64,000 nucleotides of DNA from Patescibacteria group bacterium (lineage in GTDB: Bacteria > Patescibacteriota > Minisyncoccia > Phycocordibacterales > UBA9973): contig JAZKBO010000006.1 of the NCBI GenBank assembly GCA_040388575.1, positions 43,250 to 107,249 of the forward strand, written 5' to 3'. Positions within the stretch are counted from its first letter, which is position 1. Each line of letters opens with the position of its first letter. The position numbers and the translations under genes are program-made. Below the pieces are notes generated by a model. The model did not search any database. It saw nothing but the letters and a program-made list of their open reading frames with translations, and was not told the DNA's origin. Of the stretch, positions 28,701-39,018 are shown piece after piece.

Positions 28701-31700
28701 GTAATTACATCCCATGTAGCATTTCCATAAAAACCGGAGCCCGCCACAGTTCCGCTATTGTGGTTAAATGTTCCTCCGGCAGTATGCGTCCAGGCACCGT
28801 TAACTGTAAGTGTTCCAGAAGTTGAAGTGAATGTACCAGAAGTTAAAGTAAAACTGTCTATTATTAAATTTCCTGTCACGCTGACAATACCTGAAGCTTT
28901 GTTGATATTTAATGAACCAAGCAACCCGCCGCTTGCGGTTATGGCTTGGTCCCCAGTTTGAGTAAGGCTGATAGTTGCATTACAGTTTAGAGTTGTATTT
29001 GAACCGACAGTTATTCCTGCCCGAGCATCTATGGTACCCACATCGATGCACCCTTGTGTGCTGGTGAATGTACCCAGCACCACAAATGTATCACCCGAGC
29101 CCATTGTCGTAACGAATCCACCAGCATTATTTATAGTAAGATTATTAAAAGTCTCGGAAGAATTTACATCCCAAGTGTTAGCTCCGTTGGCACCGTTCCC
29201 AACCTTAACTGTACCCGAGTTATGTGTGAAAGTTCCACCAGCTGTATGCGTCCAGTTGCCAGCAACTTGCAAGTTACCGCTCGTCGAAGTAAATGCACCA
29301 GCAGTTTCAGTAAAGTTACCAGTGATAGTTACATTACCCGAGCCGCCTGTAAATGTACCAGATGTTGCGAGGTTGCCGCTGACGTTAATAGTGGCAGTAG
29401 TAGTTTGCACCAAAGTCCCAGAAATTGTTAGATCGCCGCCGGTGGTTAAGCCGCCCCCGGAACCTATAGTAAGAGTGTCGCCAGATTCAATTTGTGCGGA
29501 AGCAGTAGAAAGGTTACTACAGCCCGAACCAGGCGCCGCGAAAGTTTGAGAAGTAACGGAATAAATAATATCCTCATCATTGTTGCAATCATAAGTATCC
29601 AGGTCACCCATTGTTAATGACTGATCATCTACCGAGCCTACAGAAACAACTCCTGCATTTAGGATCATGCCTGTCATACTGCCAGTGCCATCATATTTAC
29701 CTACAGCATTAGCTTCCGAAGCATTAGCTACGTTATCTATAAACACAACGACTCTCTGACCTATTGTCGGAGCTGTGTTTGGAGTAATAGTCCAAGCACC
29801 GGAAACAATCGAGCCAACAGCACTGTCTAGTGATCCATCAATAGCAACTTTAATTACATTACTTTGATCAGCTTCATTTGAAGTTCCAGAAACAACTATA
29901 CATACTGTAGCAAAAGTCCAACCGTTGTTACTAGTGTTAGTAGAGTCATAGGCGGTGACTGTACCTGTTTGATACGACACCGATACATTATTTATTGTAA
30001 ATGTTCCTGCCCCGCTCCAAGTACGTTGGACTGCAGCTGATGAAGCAATAACTATGTCATCAGTTCCAGCACAAGCTGTAGAGTTGTTTGATTTTAAAGT
30101 AATGGTACCAGCATTGGCAACATTGCCACCGAGAGTTATATCGCCTGTACCAGTGTTGGCCCAAGTAGCAGACGCAGCGATGGTAAGCGTACTGCCCGTG
30201 GTCAAGTTATATGTAGCACCTTCGTCGAGGGTTACCGCATGCGTTCCGTCCCCCACCGTTACTGCGCCGTTAGCGGTAACGTTGCCGGTAAATGTATAAG
30301 TTGGACTGCCGGAAGCTGGCAAGAATGACAGCACTTGGTAAGTAGCCGCAGGAATATTTGTAGCGCTCGTGCCGGTGAAGGAGACAGTGTTAGTCCCCGA
30401 CGGCGTAAACGTACCGCCGATAGATAATGGAGTACCAGAGCCAGAGAGGGTTAGCGTGTTTGATGTTGGCGAGAGTGTGCCAGTAACTGTAAGTACATGG
30501 GACACAGTAAAGTCAGTATTAGCAGTAGAAGTACCTGCTGCGACAGTTAGATCATAAAATGAAAGTAGGGTGCCAGAGTTTGAAAGTGTAGCAGTAGTTA
30601 ATGTGATGGCGCTAGAGGATGATGCAGTGAAGCTACCGGTGGAGCTATTGGTCAAAGTTCCATCAATGGAGAAGTTGGAAGTAGTAGTGACAGTAGCACC
30701 GGAAGCAACGGTTAAGTTAAAGAAGGTTGGCGCTGAACCTGAAGTAGATATAGAAGAGCCGTTGTTTAAGGTGATGGTTCCTGCACTCGGCACAAAAGCT
30801 GCACTAGTGGTGAGCGCGCCACCAACAGTAGCGGTAGTGGAAGCAGTAATTGCAGCACTGATAGTTAAATTCTTAAATGTGGTATTTGTAATCGTGGCAC
30901 CAGAGTTAGAATATGTGACAGTGTTAGTTCCAGAAGGTGTAAATGTACCACCGATAGACAGTGGTGTACCAGATCCGGAAAGTGTGATGGTACCTGAAGA
31001 CGGAGTAAGTGTGCCAGTAACTGTTAGCACATGGGAAACTGTATAGTTAGTATTAGCAGTTGTCGTGCCGGTGCCAATTGTTAAATCATAGAAAGAAAGC
31101 AAAGTGCCACCGTTACTGATAGTTCCAGCTGTTGAGGTAATGGCACTAGCAGATGAGGCTGTAAAGGAAGCACTGGTGCCGTTAGTGAAGGTGCCGGTAA
31201 AACTAAAATTGCTGGTGGTGGTAACGGTCGCGCTGGATGCGGTGGTTAAACTTACAAATGTGAGTGTACCCGAATTTACTATTGATGAACCGGTATTGAA
31301 AGTTATCGTGCCCGAGCTTGGCGTGAAAGTTCCGGAGACAGTGAACGCGCCACCTACTGTAGCCGAGTTTGCGCCGGTAGAAATTGATCCAGAAACTTTC
31401 AAGCCACTATACGTTGTATTAGTTAAAACCTGTCCGGTGCCGGCATAGTCCACCGTCAAGTTAGTTAGAGTTTTAGTTGTGATAGTGTACTGCGATGCAA
31501 AGTCTGCGGTGGCCGCAGTACGAGTAACTTTGACAGTTCCTGATCCAGTTAGAGTTCCAGCACCCGAGATAATATCCGCAGCTGCGGGAGTGAATGTTCC
31601 GCCTCCATTGTTTACCGTGAAAGTCCCAGCTACTGAAAAGTTACCACTACTTGTTACCGCCGCACCTGAGGCAGTGGTTAAATTATTAAAAGCCAGCGTC

Positions 31701-34700
31701 GCGGAATTAGCAATTGAAGCACCGTTGTTAAATGTCACCGTACCACTATTGTGAGTGAAAGTACCAGATGCTCCTAGAGTAAATATTCCACCTATTGTCA
31801 GAGTTCCAGAAGTAGAAGTAAATGTACCGCCTGAAATATTTGTATTGACTGCACTGATAGCGCCCGATCCTCCGGTGAATGTACCGGTTGAAGCTATATT
31901 ACCGCTGACAGAGATAGTGGCTGTGGTTGTTTGGACTAGAGTACCACCAATAGTTAAGTCCCCTCCCGTTGTTATTGACCCGCCGGAACCATCGGTGAGC
32001 GTAGTGCCCGACAAAACATTTAATGCGGCGGAAGCATAATTACTACAACCCGTGCCGGGTGCAGCAAAAACTTCAGAGGCCACAGAATAAACCACGTCCT
32101 CATCATTATTACAATCATATGTGTCCAGGTCAGTCATGGAGAGTGACTGGTTGTCTACGGAGCCCACGGTAACTACGCCGGCATTGAGGACCATCCCAGT
32201 AATGTCGCCCGTGCCGTCGTATTTAGTAACAGCAGTAGACTCTGAAGCACTTGAGGCAATACCGTCAAGGAATACCACTACCCTCTGGCCAGTGGTGGGT
32301 GCTGTAACTAATGTGATAGTCCACGCATGTGATACGATGGAGCCGCTCGCACTGTCCACTGCGCCATTCACTGCTACTTTGACTACGCTGGCTTGATCAG
32401 CTTCATCAGAAGTACCGGAAACAACAACTACTATACAACCTTCCGTCCAGTTACTGTTTGAAAATGTAGATTTTTCTGCGGCTAATGCGCCTAGCATGTC
32501 AGTGACACTCAAATTTCTTAAAATAAATATACCAGCTCCGGACCATGTACGCTGCGTACCACCGGAAGATGAAGTTAGCACAATATCATTAGCACCATCA
32601 ACACAAGATGAGCCATTGTTTGAATTTAGTGTTATGGTTCCAGCGTTAGAAACATTGCCACCGAGAGTTAAGTCACCTGTACCTATGTTAGAAAAAGTTC
32701 CTGAAGTATTTACAGTAATTGTACCCGTAGTAGTTAGCGTAAAGGAAGCTCCTTGGCTGAAAGTTGCATTGGTGGTGACCACCAGGTTTGTCAACTTAAT
32801 ACTTGAAGCCATGTTTACCACTTTCGCTACCGAGCCGTCACCCACAGTGAGGCTACCCAAATCCGGATTCCCGGAGTTGCTGGTAATAGTCCGGGTATTG
32901 GCACCACTGTTCATAGTAATGACGCCTGCACCCTTGGTCCAGGTGGCGCTCGTACCGATGGTTAAGTTCCCGCCCAAGTTAATAGCGCCGCCGTTAGCCG
33001 TAAAAGTTCCACTACTTCCTCCGCCCACCGTAACATCTCCAGTCACCGATAATGCAGCCGAGGAACTTGCAGCAAATGTGGCGCCATTGGCTACAGTCAT
33101 AGTGCCTGTAACATTCATAATAGGATCATTAGTATCCGCAGTAGCGCCCGCATTAGTAGCATTACCCACTGTGAGGTTGTGCGTGACTGTCAGAGTTTCA
33201 CTGGTAGTAGTACAAATAGTTTGCGCAGAAGTGCTGGAGGGATAAAGTTGGAGGTCGTAATAGGAAAGAGTTGTGCCATTCTGTGAGCAGGCAATGGTTG
33301 CTCCATCACCCGTAAACTTTGTCGTGTTTCCGCTAGTGGCGGTAAATATGGCATCGCTGGTAATACTAAGGGGTGTCGAGGTACTAGATAAAGTTAAAGT
33401 TCCACTTCCAGTAGTAAAAGTCGCACCAAACCCTGCCACACTTAATGACGATGCAGTAATGTTACCACCGTTGCCTGTAAAACTTCCGTTATTATTAGTT
33501 CCTAATGTAATTGAGCCAGTAACATTGAGCGCTGCACTGGAACTCCCTACGAAGTCGGAGAGCTTAGTAATAGTTAGATTCCCTCCAATATTAATGATTG
33601 GGTCATATGTATCTGCTGTTGCTCCAGGTGAACCGAAATTACCGACATTCATGTTATGCGTGACAGTCAGAGTTTGGCTCGTCCCAGTGCAAAGATTCAT
33701 ATCTGTACCCGTGCCAACTGGAAGACTAAGATCGTAATACGAAATTCCAGTACAAGTTACATTTCCTCCGCTCCCAAAATATTTAACCAGGCTTCCAGAA
33801 CCCACATTGAAAATTCCAGAGATACTTAAACCCGTACCAGTCGATCTTAGGTCGAGCTCCGCCCCTACATCTAAATTATATGTCACTCCACTACCGATAG
33901 TAAGAGTGCCGTCTACCTCGAAACTACTTGGTGTGGTATAACTCATAGTGCCTGCCGTGGAAAAAGTCATATTATTGGCAACTCTATTAAAACCTATTGA
34001 GCAAGTGACTGTCCCGCTTCCAGTAAAACTCAGATTATAGTAGCCAGTATTTTTACAGGTTGGGCCTGCGGCAGTAAAAGTTATCGTGTTCGCGTTCGAA
34101 AGAGCATTAAGTGTTCCTGCACCGCTGTTACCTAAAATAGTTGCTGATCCATAACTTAAAGTGGAGTTCGTGCCTTGAGTCCAGCCGCCAGTGAACGTCA
34201 AAATACCTGTGACGGTGACAGTTCCAGTATTACTATTTGTTGTAGTGCCGCTCGATACCGTCAATGCTCCCGCAAAAGTGATCGCTCCTGAACCTGATAA
34301 ATCCCCCACTAATGCCGCAGCGCCAGTGCCCGTCTTCATTTCATTCGCGCTGTTGTTGGCGATACCTGCACCAAAGCTCGTGGCGTGTGTGCCTGCCGTG
34401 ATATCAAATGTCGCCCCTGCAGCTACTGTAACTGCTCCGGTAAATGTGTAGGTGCCTGTAGAGCCTGCACCATTAACTGAAATAGAACCGCTCGTGCCCC
34501 CGCCCACGGTGGTAGCTCCACCGACAGTAATCGCATTATTGTCGAGGGTAAGAGTAGCGCCATTAGCTATGCTTAGTGTGGCGGTGCCCGAAAGAGTAAT
34601 AGTCGGATCATTAGTAGCCGCCGATGCGCCCGCATGAGTAGCATCTCCAACTGTAAGACTGTGCGTGACCGTCAGAGTCTGACTGCCAGCTGTACATAGT

Positions 34701-37069
34701 ACTTGAGCAGTGGAACTAGATGGATAAAGTTGAAGGTCGTAATAAGAAACACTTGAACAAGCTATTGTTGCACCATTACCGGTATATTTTATTGTAGCAC
34801 CTGAAGTTACAGTAAAAGTATTACTGATTACGAGTGGTGTGCCTGTGTTCGAAAGCGTTAACGTTCCCGAACCTGTCACATATGTACAGCCGGCACCTAC
34901 AGTTAGAACTCCTGCAATACTATAACTTTCATTGCTGGTGGTGCTACTGACTGTCGGTGTACCGCCGTTAGCGTTACTACAAGTTAAGTTACCGGCAACA
35001 GTAATCGATGCGGGCATTTGAAATGTGGGCGAGGTACTAGCTGGTTTAAAGAAAAGATTTCCATAAGTGTCGCCACTTGTTAATGTGAAGCCAGTAGTAA
35101 TGTTGTTATATTCAACAGTACTATTACTTTCAAAAGTTTTTGTGAGCGATGTTCCAGTTGGTAGACCGTCACCACCAGTATTTGTCATTTTAAATGTAGC
35201 ACTGTTTTTAACCGTGAAGGTTTTACTGTTGGCCATTCCTATTGCCAGAGCATTGTTTAAGAAAATTGCTGCAGTGTTGCTATCGTCACCTACTGTTATA
35301 TTTCCTGTAACGTTATTACTCGTAATAGTAGCGTTGAGTGTCGCTCCTGTTGAAGTAGTGTCTATTACTAAATTGTTGTACGCACCAGCTCCAGGCATAT
35401 AAACAATTTGCGCAGATGTATCTATATAATTAAAGTTTGCACCCGAAGTTCCCATTGTGAATGTAAATCCAGCAGCACCTGTTCCACTGTTCGTGGCTAT
35501 CGCACCTTTTAGATTAAAGTTACCCGCACCTCCTGACATATCGATAATGTGAGCCGCCGCAGTAGTGTTACCCGTGCCTGAGCCAGTTGTGATACCACCG
35601 TTCGCGTTGATAGTACCGGACGTAACAGTTATACTTACAGGCCTAGTGGCGGCGCTAGTATTCATGATGATTTGACCAGTCACAGTTAGTATTCCCTGCC
35701 CAACGCTGTATGTATTCGTATTAGTTCCGGAACTACCCCCAATGAACGTGGCGGTACCTCCAACGCTTAACACAGCATTACTGTTCGTATTCAAATCTAG
35801 CTTTGTCGCACCGTTACCTTGCGCATCGGTATAGTTATTTGTCACAGTAACAGTCGTGCTCGCACCAACAGTGAAAGTTCCCGCGACAGCACTTGAGGTA
35901 AGCGTGCTAAAAGTGGTATTACCAACCACTGTCGGCGCAGCACCGGAAAATGTAGTCGTAAATGCGCCAGTCCACGAACCAGTTGTGTTGTTGTTAACGA
36001 AAGTAGTAGTACCTGTGGCTGCAACTGTTTGAGCTATACCAAGCGTCACTACAGCCCCACTGTTGATTTGAACTTTACCCCAAGTAACAGTTTTGTTTAA
36101 AGTTGCGTTTCCAGTAAATATTGCTATAGATGTAGCAGCAAAAGATGTTGTACCAGAGTTATTCATCGTTCCTGCCATATTGAAAGTTCCAGCTCCGGAA
36201 ATTGTAAGCTGTGCCTGCGCGGCAGTACCTGAAAAAGTTACGCCAGAGGTTGTAGTAATCGTTCCACTTGTTGCACTAACAATAGCAGCCACTGTTCCAC
36301 CCACAATAGAAATACCTGCAGCCGAAATTAAACCACCAGTAGCAGTAACGTTAGCTGTTCCAGCAGTACTACTCGTAACTGTTAAAGTTCCTCCTGCGAC
36401 GATTCCTGTGGCATTTGTGGTCACTGACAATGTTGCGGCAGAAACACTTCCACCCGTAACTGATATCGCGCCAGTGGCAGTAACCTTACACGCACCCATT
36501 GTTATACCTGCAGTGCCGCCAGAAGCAGTCGAACTTCCAGTAATACTTATAGTTCCATTCGCTGGAGTTCCGTTTCCATTTACAACTATGCCTCCTGCGC
36601 CGGAACAAGTCGTTCCGCCAACACCAGTAATCAAACTGTTGAATGCAACTGTGGGAGCACTCATTACCAAACTACCAGTAGTGAGAAGTCCTGTTCCTTG
36701 AATATTTACAGTTTTTGCTCCACTTCCAGTGTTGTCTACAGTAAATGCACCAGTTAATGTAAGTGATCCGCCAGTTGAAATAGTTAATCCTCCCGCGCCA
36801 CCAGCTCCGGAAATAGTAACACTCGCTGCCGCATCAGTAGTACCAAGGGTTGGAGTAAATGCGCCGATTGTTACCGTATCTCCAGCTTGAGGATATGGTG
36901 AGCCTGTACCTTCATGGCAAGTCGTCCAAGTTGAGTCAGTTCTCCATGCAGTACTTGCAGCTGCAGCACAACTATCAGCCGATGCGGAATTTGTATTGCC
37001 AAAAAAAATAAAGCCCGCTACGAAAAGTACAGCGGAAAATTTTATTATTTTTGGCAGGCTAAATTTCAT
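19553..37069 (-). CDS. Giant secreted surface protein (5838 aa). Thr/Gly/Ser/Ala/Asn-rich beta-helix or adhesin-like repeats, at least 5 diverged supermodules, a discoidin (F5/8 type C)-like domain near the C-terminus, and a poly-Gly/Ser tail.
   Basis: Single uninterrupted 17.5 kb ORF. Signal peptide '[31 protein letters not shown]'. Recurrent supermodules '…WSGAGTFTI(x)[10 protein letters not shown](V/I)TA… KVA(V/I)(N/D)G… KYDGTG.MTG… TYDCNNDED(V/I)(V/I)YSV' (5 copies) and '[34 protein letters not shown]' (4 copies). Discoidin-like segment 'LPAFANDGN…[22 protein letters not shown]…[12 protein letters not shown]'. C-terminal '[25 protein letters not shown]…'. Confidence 0.8.
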   Translation of the reverse strand: MKFSLPKIIKFSAVLFVAGFIFFGNTNSASADSCAAAASTAWRTDSTWTTCHEGTGSPYPQAGDTVTIGAFTPTLGTTDAAASVTISGAGGAGGLTISTGGSLTLTGAFTVDNTGSGAKTVNIQGTGLLTTGSLVMSAPTVAFNSLITGVGGTTCSGAGGIVVNGNGTPANGTISITGSSTASGGTAGITMGACKVTATGAISVTGGSVSAATLSVTTNATGIVAGGTLTVTSSTAGTANVTATGGLISAAGISIVGGTVAAIVSATSGTITTTSGVTFSGTAAQAQLTISGAGTFNMAGTMNNSGTTSFAATSIAIFTGNATLNKTVTWGKVQINSGAVVTLGIAQTVAATGTTTFVNNNTTGSWTGAFTTTFSGAAPTVVGNTTFSTLTSSAVAGTFTVGASTTVTVTNNYTDAQGNGATKLDLNTNSNAVLSVGGTATFIGGSSGTNTNTYSVGQGILTVTGQIIMNTSAATRPVSITVTSGTINANGGITTGSGTGNTTAAAHIIDMSGGAGNFNLKGAIATNSGTGAAGFTFTMGTSGANFNYIDTSAQIVYMPGAGAYNNLVIDTTSTGATLNATITSNNVTGNITVGDDSNTAAIFLNNALAIGMANSKTFTVKNSATFKMTNTGGDGLPTGTSLTKTFESNSTVEYNNITTGFTLTSGDTYGNLFFKPASTSPTFQMPASITVAGNLTCSNANGGTPTVSSTTSNESYSIAGVLTVGAGCTYVTGSGTLTLSNTGTPLVISNTFTVTSGATIKYTGNGATIACSSVSYYDLQLYPSSSTAQVLCTAGSQTLTVTHSLTVGDATHAGASAATNDPTITLSGTATLSIANGATLTLDNNAITVGGATTVGGGTSGSISVNGAGSTGTYTFTGAVTVAAGATFDITAGTHATSFGAGIANNSANEMKTGTGAAALVGDLSGSGAITFAGALTVSSGTTTNSNTGTVTVTGILTFTGGWTQGTNSTLSYGSATILGNSGAGTLNALSNANTITFTAAGPTCKNTGYYNLSFTGSGTVTCSIGFNRVANNMTFSTAGTMSYTTPSSFEVDGTLTIGSGVTYNLDVGAELDLRSTGTGLSISGIFNVGSGSLVKYFGSGGNVTCTGISYYDLSLPVGTGTDMNLCTGTSQTLTVTHNMNVGNFGSPGATADTYDPIINIGGNLTITKLSDFVGSSSAALNVTGSITLGTNNNGSFTGNGGNITASSLSVAGFGATFTTGSGTLTLSSTSTPLSITSDAIFTATSGNTTKFTGDGATIACSQNGTTLSYYDLQLYPSSTSAQTICTTTSETLTVTHNLTVGNATNAGATADTNDPIMNVTGTMTVANGATFAASSSAALSVTGDVTVGGGSSGTFTANGGAINLGGNLTIGTSATWTKGAGVITMNSGANTRTITSNSGNPDLGSLTVGDGSVAKVVNMASSIKLTNLVVTTNATFSQGASFTLTTTGTITVNTSGTFSNIGTGDLTLGGNVSNAGTITLNSNNGSSCVDGANDIVLTSSSGGTQRTWSGAGIFILRNLSVTDMLGALAAEKSTFSNSNWTEGCIVVVVSGTSDEADQASVVKVAVNGAVDSASGSIVSHAWTITLVTAPTTGQRVVVFLDGIASSASESTAVTKYDGTGDITGMVLNAGVVTVGSVDNQSLSMTDLDTYDCNNDEDVVYSVASEVFAAPGTGCSNYASAALNVLSGTTLTDGSGGSITTGGDLTIGGTLVQTTTATISVSGNIASTGTFTGGSGAISAVNTNISGGTFTSTSGTLTIGGIFTLGASGTFTHNSGTVTFNNGASIANSATLAFNNLTTASGAAVTSSGNFSVAGTFTVNNGGGTFTPAAADIISGAGTLTGSGTVKVTRTAATADFASQYTITTKTLTNLTVDYAGTGQVLTNTTYSGLKVSGSISTGANSATVGGAFTVSGTFTPSSGTITFNTGSSIVNSGTLTFVSLTTASSATVTTTSNFSFTGTFTNGTSASFTASSASAITSTAGTISNGGTLLSFYDLTIGTGTTTANTNYTVSHVLTVTGTLTPSSGTITLSGSGTPLSIGGTFTPSGTNTVTYSNSGATITNTTFKNLTISAAITASTTATVGGALTTSAAFVPSAGTITLNNGSSISTSGSAPTFFNLTVASGATVTTTSNFSIDGTLTNSSTGSFTASSSSAITLTTATLSNSGTLLSFYDLTVAAGTSTANTDFTVSHVLTVTGTLSPTSNTLTLSGSGTPLSIGGTFTPSGTNTVSFTGTSATNIPAATYQVLSFLPASGSPTYTFTGNVTANGAVTVGDGTHAVTLDEGATYNLTTGSTLTIAASATWANTGTGDITLGGNVANAGTITLKSNNSTACAGTDDIVIASSAAVQRTWSGAGTFTINNVSVSYQTGTVTAYDSTNTSNNGWTFATVCIVVSGTSNEADQSNVIKVAIDGSLDSAVGSIVSGAWTITPNTAPTIGQRVVVFIDNVANASEANAVGKYDGTGSMTGMILNAGVVSVGSVDDQSLTMGDLDTYDCNNDEDIIYSVTSQTFAAPGSGCSNLSTASAQIESGDTLTIGSGGGLTTGGDLTISGTLVQTTTATINVSGNLATSGTFTGGSGNVTITGNFTETAGAFTSTSGNLQVAGNWTHTAGGTFTHNSGTVKVGNGANGANTWDVNSSETFNNLTINNAGGFVTTMGSGDTFVVLGTFTSTQGCIDVGTIDARAGITVGSNTTLNCNATISLTQTGDQAITASGGLLGSLNINKASGIVSVTGNLIIDSFTLTSGTFTSTSGTLTVNGAWTHTAGGTFNHNSGTVAGSGFYGNATWDVITTETFNNLNMASAGGFTTTVASGDTLIVLGTFTQTDGLINTGTIEAQGNVVIAAGGDGGNYPLNFTGSNAQTYTNSGGTATSGIITINKTNNSDTVTLATNATLGAGVLTITKGTFSQGASYDLNANGITVGANGTWSNIGTGDITLRSAVSNAGVITIKSNNSTSCTGADDIVIGSSAAVQRNWSGAGTFTIYNVSVSYQTGSITAYNSTNTSNNGWTFSSSCITVSGTTDVADGIQVVVAVNTATAGTPVNTASGAWSLTDVPAPVAGDVITVFLNTGTTANQGTAVTKYASGNVTGVVLNKHVLAIGHGSQSLSITNLGQYDHDDNANIMHSANSGTLLVDAGSAYSDENLNILSGATLTESSGNSITTKDLTLAGTLVQTTTATITATGNISSSGTFTGGSGAVSAVNLTISGGTFTSTSGTLSLSGDYSNSGTFTDNSGTVTFTATGSGHTLGGTLSGSSDFNILNFSGSGGEWTLGANLEVSKASATALAITAGTLKNGGFSITGNGATDTLSISNGAFFEMSGTSVYPASFSTYTYGASSTVTYKQTAATSVVAATYGNLSLAPASGTPTFTLGGNIITAGASGTALNLSAGTLDTGGYSITGNGATDTFNIASGATFSMTGTSAYPASYTTYTFGSTSTTKYLQTAAASVVGATYGNLEIGTQNDANVVTYTQTGNVTAAGTLTIGNASGSNHTLDEGATYNLASGAVTVATHGIWSNTGTGDITLAGGVSNSGVITIEANGHSSCGTAGTDDITITTSDGTTDRAWSGAGTFTIWDVNAIHQTGSVTANSSTQGTGTTWTFVGCGITISGTTNAGNGLTVKVAVNGSVSGSTGSTSSGAWSISSVAVTSGQVVVVWFDGVADNAESTAVAKYDGSGNMTGIVLNTNVLSIGSVDNQSVTLTDMNPTGTGYDCSDDEDVMYNVFSNTLLVQGNSCVGATSNSYADETIQIESGNTLTIGSAETLSTDNVTVTGTLVQTTSGVITATGNISSGGTFTGGSGGISAIDLTISGGTFTSTSGTLELYGNYSNSGTFTNNSGLVIFEATDAGHTIGGTLSGSSDFNRLKFNGTGGEWTLGANLETDAASATAIDIPNGTLKNGGFSITGNGATDTFSVSNGAFFEMSGTSAYPASFTTYTYGASSTVTYKQTAPTITAATYGNLTLGGTGTYTLPASDVTLYGNLVVTNGATVTKSSSNKIILTGGTTQTVTDNNTTKQDLGILEVSGGGGGSPTYQNFVDGSGGGYFVWSQVTNAQTHTAGNGLIVFVQWYNAGDTGLSDPTITNTAGDTFTSMGAKHTTTTDPNANFMEMFYTASTNGAVNDVVTASWGGGSGAGNRVVGVWEVSNLGSAQGYSANDNVTVGAGHATPGTITMPSTGIVVLAMATASPQAITPPSGFTEALTETAYTFHFLYNEGVTTDINPDVTGWSGDYWRIQGGGFAGGGGSSTTLALGSSIKATKIIVDSSQTLDANGSNTLTLTGSGTSTSRPFVNNGSFTESTGTVVFAGTSTTDIAAETFNNLTIAAASGTPTFTQTGNVTVSGALGITTGTLSQGATFNLTTGAVTVGASGTWSNLGTGDITLTGNVSNSGTIIIEANGSTVCAGTDDIVITAASSRTWTNSGTVTIWNVAADHQAGSITANGSTDNGSNAWTFVGCGITISGTTNAGDVIVVKVAVNGVLAGQSGVTASSAWSISNVTVSSGQIVTVWLDNVADSAESTAVAKYDGTGDITAMILDTNVISIGSLNDFQSLTLTDMNTSGTGYDCSDDEDVMYSVASSTLSVKGCSNSYADETIEVGSADTFTIGSSEILSTHNILIDGTLTATSTATFNISGSWENNSTFNPGSSTVNFTSTTNEVVDSIDGVGDFNIVNFNGSGGVWTLASNLIADGNLTVSAGTLKNGGSAITGASSKTFTVSNGAFFEMSGTSAYPASFTTYTYGASSTVTYMQTAATSVVAATYGNLVINAASGTPDFTMSGNITPGGNVTVTAGNLLLSTRTLNMGSSNVLSVGASGGLNMGSGNLYLNKSGTAGSRPFINSGTFTGGTGWVGYYGVGNTSVEAVNYYDLELYPNSANTSFTILGAITVGHNILLEAWSDGTNTFNLGGTTSVASTLHLQPDGTSGHEGYVVLDTTGSNYNLTAGSLIIPTLSTLTPNSSTITLSGSGDPLTLGGTFTPGASTLVYAGTSATNITAATYNNLSFTPASGTPTYTLPSANITLRGDMLVSTGTVVTKSGANKIIFAKGGGGTQTITGNATNSDLGLLQISANSGTSTLSLGSSIKATKITIDASQVLTLGSNTISLTGSGTTTSRPLYNNGGTLTATSGTVNYEGTSTTDIENTTYGGLGVGTASDSTATTYNLPANIVVNNAVTIGNASSTGNDILDTTGSNRSLTAGSINITTKGALTTNGSTITLTGSGTPLTVSGTFSRDSSTVVYTGSSATVTAATFNNLTLGGSGTYTTPGTDANIKGNLVITSGANITRGGGTLIFSGGTTQAITDNNSTKRDLGNIQISGAAGTPTNVAASGNGGTASGSTTFDANYLPAFANDGNRKGDVWGTNGGWNDNTINDFSNDWLEVDFDTSYTLGEMDVFGMQDNFSSPTDPTLGMTSTDFGLEDFDIQYWDGAAWQIFTGGAITNNNHVWTQLTGLNVHTSKVRVLVHDTQESGSTGYSRVIEVEAWTPGSVPTTAQLGSSIKATSIAVDSSQTLDANGSNTITLTGTGTPLSVTGTFTPSTGTVEYTGTTATIAPTTFNHLILGGSGTYSLPNTNTTLKGNLTVTNGASIHAGSGTTVFNGGTTQTLTDGNSTPEDLGNVQISAGSGATTLNLGSNTKAKTIIIDASQTLDANGSHNITLTGTGFTNNGIFNPAAGAVIIEPSNPSTAVTIDGSTATTFNDFTDTTGSTLVQFKHARDTGFSGILHIVGNSNNHISIASDSPGNQWNLNLIGSVIMDFVDVMDSGCANGTGIITFNDHSNNQGGNDSACWHFISRGGGGGASGGGSGGGSSQGGGGSGGGSGGSGDQGDNGGSGGGGSQGGGGSGGGGGASP
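20640..21140 (-). other. Discoidin / F5/8 type C (CBM32-like) carbohydrate-binding domain inside the 5838-aa protein (approximate coordinates).
   Basis: Translated segment '[65 protein letters not shown]…[15 protein letters not shown]…[25 protein letters not shown]' follows the discoidin pattern (ANDGN…W…WL.VDL…I..V… Y.I.Y…W). Confidence 0.55.
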
Positions 37070-37077
37070 TCAAGTAA

Positions 37078-38133
37078 TTAATTACAATTTGCAGGCGGTG
37101 TTGAAGACGCTGATAATACACCGTCATTTGCAGTAATATAAGTAACTCCCGATCCGTCGCTGTCGCCCATGATAATGCATCCAGGGTTTCCACTAGCACT
37201 ACCTAAATGAACGGTTGTACTATTGTCACCGGAAAAATTACTAACATTAGATAATACGGAAAAAGTACCTCTATGGCCTGTCCCATGAACAGCACCTATT
37301 ATTATTTGAGCATCACCAGAGTTTGCAGAACCATAGGCATCTCCAGTAGACAGAATAAATTGACCACCATGTCCACCACTGATTGTGCCTGTTGCTGCAC
37401 CAGCAGCTATACTAATGTTGCCCCCATACTGGTCTCCGCTTCCAGTACCAATTTGCATTGAGCCTCCATCGCCGGACACTATACCTCCGCTTCCAGTACC
37501 AATTTGCATTGTGCCCCCAATACCCGTTCCAGCACCGGCGTTACCTGCCAAAAACAATACATTACCTCCGTTAGAATTATTATTTCCCTCCCCTGAAACA
37601 ATTCTAACGGCTCCACCATCCTGATTTGGAGTTGTGGAAGTAAGAACATTTAAATCCATTCCATCTTGTGAAAAATTCACTGTGCTAGCTTTTACTTTAA
37701 GCTGTCCTGCACTTCCAGTTATCTGTCCTTGAATATTTAAATCACCCCCTATATACGCATCCCCCCCGTTATCCAAACCACCGATAAATAATACGTCGTT
37801 TACTTCATCCCAGTTCAAATTATTACTTTGAGCAAAAACGGATCCATTAAAAAATGGAATTGCACCAACTTCAAATCCTGATGCATCTAGTCCTAAACCA
37901 CCTCGATTTGGCGCAAGCAGTCCATTCCATCCCAAGGTATGGGTAGTACCCGATGAAATTATTTTTAAATTGGTATCGTTCACAAAAGTCTGATCTGCTG
38001 TATTTAGACCATTTAGAGTTTTGATCATTGACGCTGCCTGAACGCTAGACATAGGCAAAATAGTAATTGCTAATGCAACCAGAAACAATTTTTTATATGC
38101 TTTCATGAAATTTTTAAAAACTTTAAGAAACAT
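37078..38133 (-). CDS. Secreted glycine-rich repeat protein.
   Basis: 351 aa. Signal peptide (…SSVQAAS). The Gly/Thr/Ser/Asn-rich body has the near-tandem repeat 'MQIGTGSGGIVSGDGGSMQIGTGSGDQYGG', reflected in a ~48-bp nucleotide repeat near 37440..37540. C-terminal Cys pair. It sits 8 nt upstream of the giant gene. Confidence 0.6.
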   Translation of the reverse strand: MFLKVFKNFMKAYKKLFLVALAITILPMSSVQAASMIKTLNGLNTADQTFVNDTNLKIISSGTTHTLGWNGLLAPNRGGLGLDASGFEVGAIPFFNGSVFAQSNNLNWDEVNDVLFIGGLDNGGDAYIGGDLNIQGQITGSAGQLKVKASTVNFSQDGMDLNVLTSTTPNQDGGAVRIVSGEGNNNSNGGNVLFLAGNAGAGTGIGGTMQIGTGSGGIVSGDGGSMQIGTGSGDQYGGNISIAAGAATGTISGGHGGQFILSTGDAYGSANSGDAQIIIGAVHGTGHRGTFSVLSNVSNFSGDNSTTVHLGSASGNPGCIIMGDSDGSGVTYITANDGVLSASSTPPANCN

Positions 38134-38246
38134 AATAATAGAAACTTTTTGATGCCTTATTAGCTAAATTATACCATTGTGTTATAAGGGGATTCTAGTA
38201 AAAGTGTGGATAAATAAGGGCGGTTGGTGTACAATATTTCAAAGCG

Positions 38247-39008
38247 ATGGTTATCATAAAAATAAAGGAAAATACGGAGGAGGTTTCAAAAGCAGAGATT
38301 CGGAAGCATTTCGATGTAACCAGCCACAAATGGTACTTTTCTGTCGTGGATGTGATAGGCGCACTCACTGATAGCTCCGATGCTCGTAATTACTGGAAAG
38401 TTCTAAAAAACCGTTTAAAGAAAAACCCAAATGACAAACTGCGTGAGTTGGTTACTAGATGTAACCAAGTGAAATTGAAGGCCAAAGATGGTAAAAGCTA
38501 CCTAACTGACGTCGCCGACTCTGAAACCCTTATAGATATAATAGAGAGTATCCCGAAGGCCTCGGTGGAAGCATTTAAGGTATTAATCGCAGATATTGAC
38601 GAAAGTGGCACAATATCGCCTACTGTAAATCCCCCTGCTGAAGCATCAAAAATTACTAAACCGGAACCTGCTTTGACTCCTCAAATTATAGAACCGGAAG
38701 AAGATTTAACTGAGCCCCAAACCGAAGCCCAGCTTCTAGTAGATGCATACCAAACTCCAACAACAATAATTATCAAAGCATTTATTGCCGGCGTTGCTCC
38801 TGACTTACTCAATATACATGTAGGTTCAAGAAAAATAATTATTCAAGGCCAAAGGAAGCCGGAACAGTTACAGGATAAATATTTATATAAAGAATTATAT
38901 TGGCCAACATTTTCACGCAGCATTACTCTCCCCTGCCCAGTTGAAAAAGATAATGTAAAAATAGACGAGTATGATGGACTCGTAACTATTGAACTTAGAA
39001 AAATTTAA
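38247..39008 (+). CDS. Fusion protein with an N-terminal Bro-N/DinD-like (phage antirepressor-type) domain and a C-terminal Hsp20/alpha-crystallin domain.
   Basis: 253 aa. N-terminus 'HKWYFSVVDVIGALTDSSDARNYWKVLKNRLKK…DGKSYLTDVADSETLIDIIESIPKASVEAFKVLIA' resembles Bro-N. C-terminus 'VDAYQTPTTIIIKAFIAGVAPDLLNIHVGSRKIIIQGQRK…YLYKELYWPTFSRSITLPCPVEKDNVKIDEYDGLVTIELRK' matches the alpha-crystallin domain pattern (…GER… F.R.F.LP..VD… A…NGVL.I.LPK). It is the only plus-strand gene inside the 55 kb minus-strand block. Confidence 0.6.
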   Translation: MVIIKIKENTEEVSKAEIRKHFDVTSHKWYFSVVDVIGALTDSSDARNYWKVLKNRLKKNPNDKLRELVTRCNQVKLKAKDGKSYLTDVADSETLIDIIESIPKASVEAFKVLIADIDESGTISPTVNPPAEASKITKPEPALTPQIIEPEEDLTEPQTEAQLLVDAYQTPTTIIIKAFIAGVAPDLLNIHVGSRKIIIQGQRKPEQLQDKYLYKELYWPTFSRSITLPCPVEKDNVKIDEYDGLVTIELRKI

Positions 39009-39018
39009 ATAAATTTTT

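Noticed and set aside
19917-36701. Dozens of plus-strand ORFs (60-250 aa, for example 32496..33245, 33273..33737, 36093..36701) inside the 17.5 kb minus-strand gene.
   Set aside because: They are antisense to one continuous 5838-aa ORF. Their Pro/Val/Ala/Leu-rich, low-complexity translations are what is expected from reverse-complementing Thr/Gly/Ser/Asn codons. They have no starts with a ribosome-binding site and no independent motifs.
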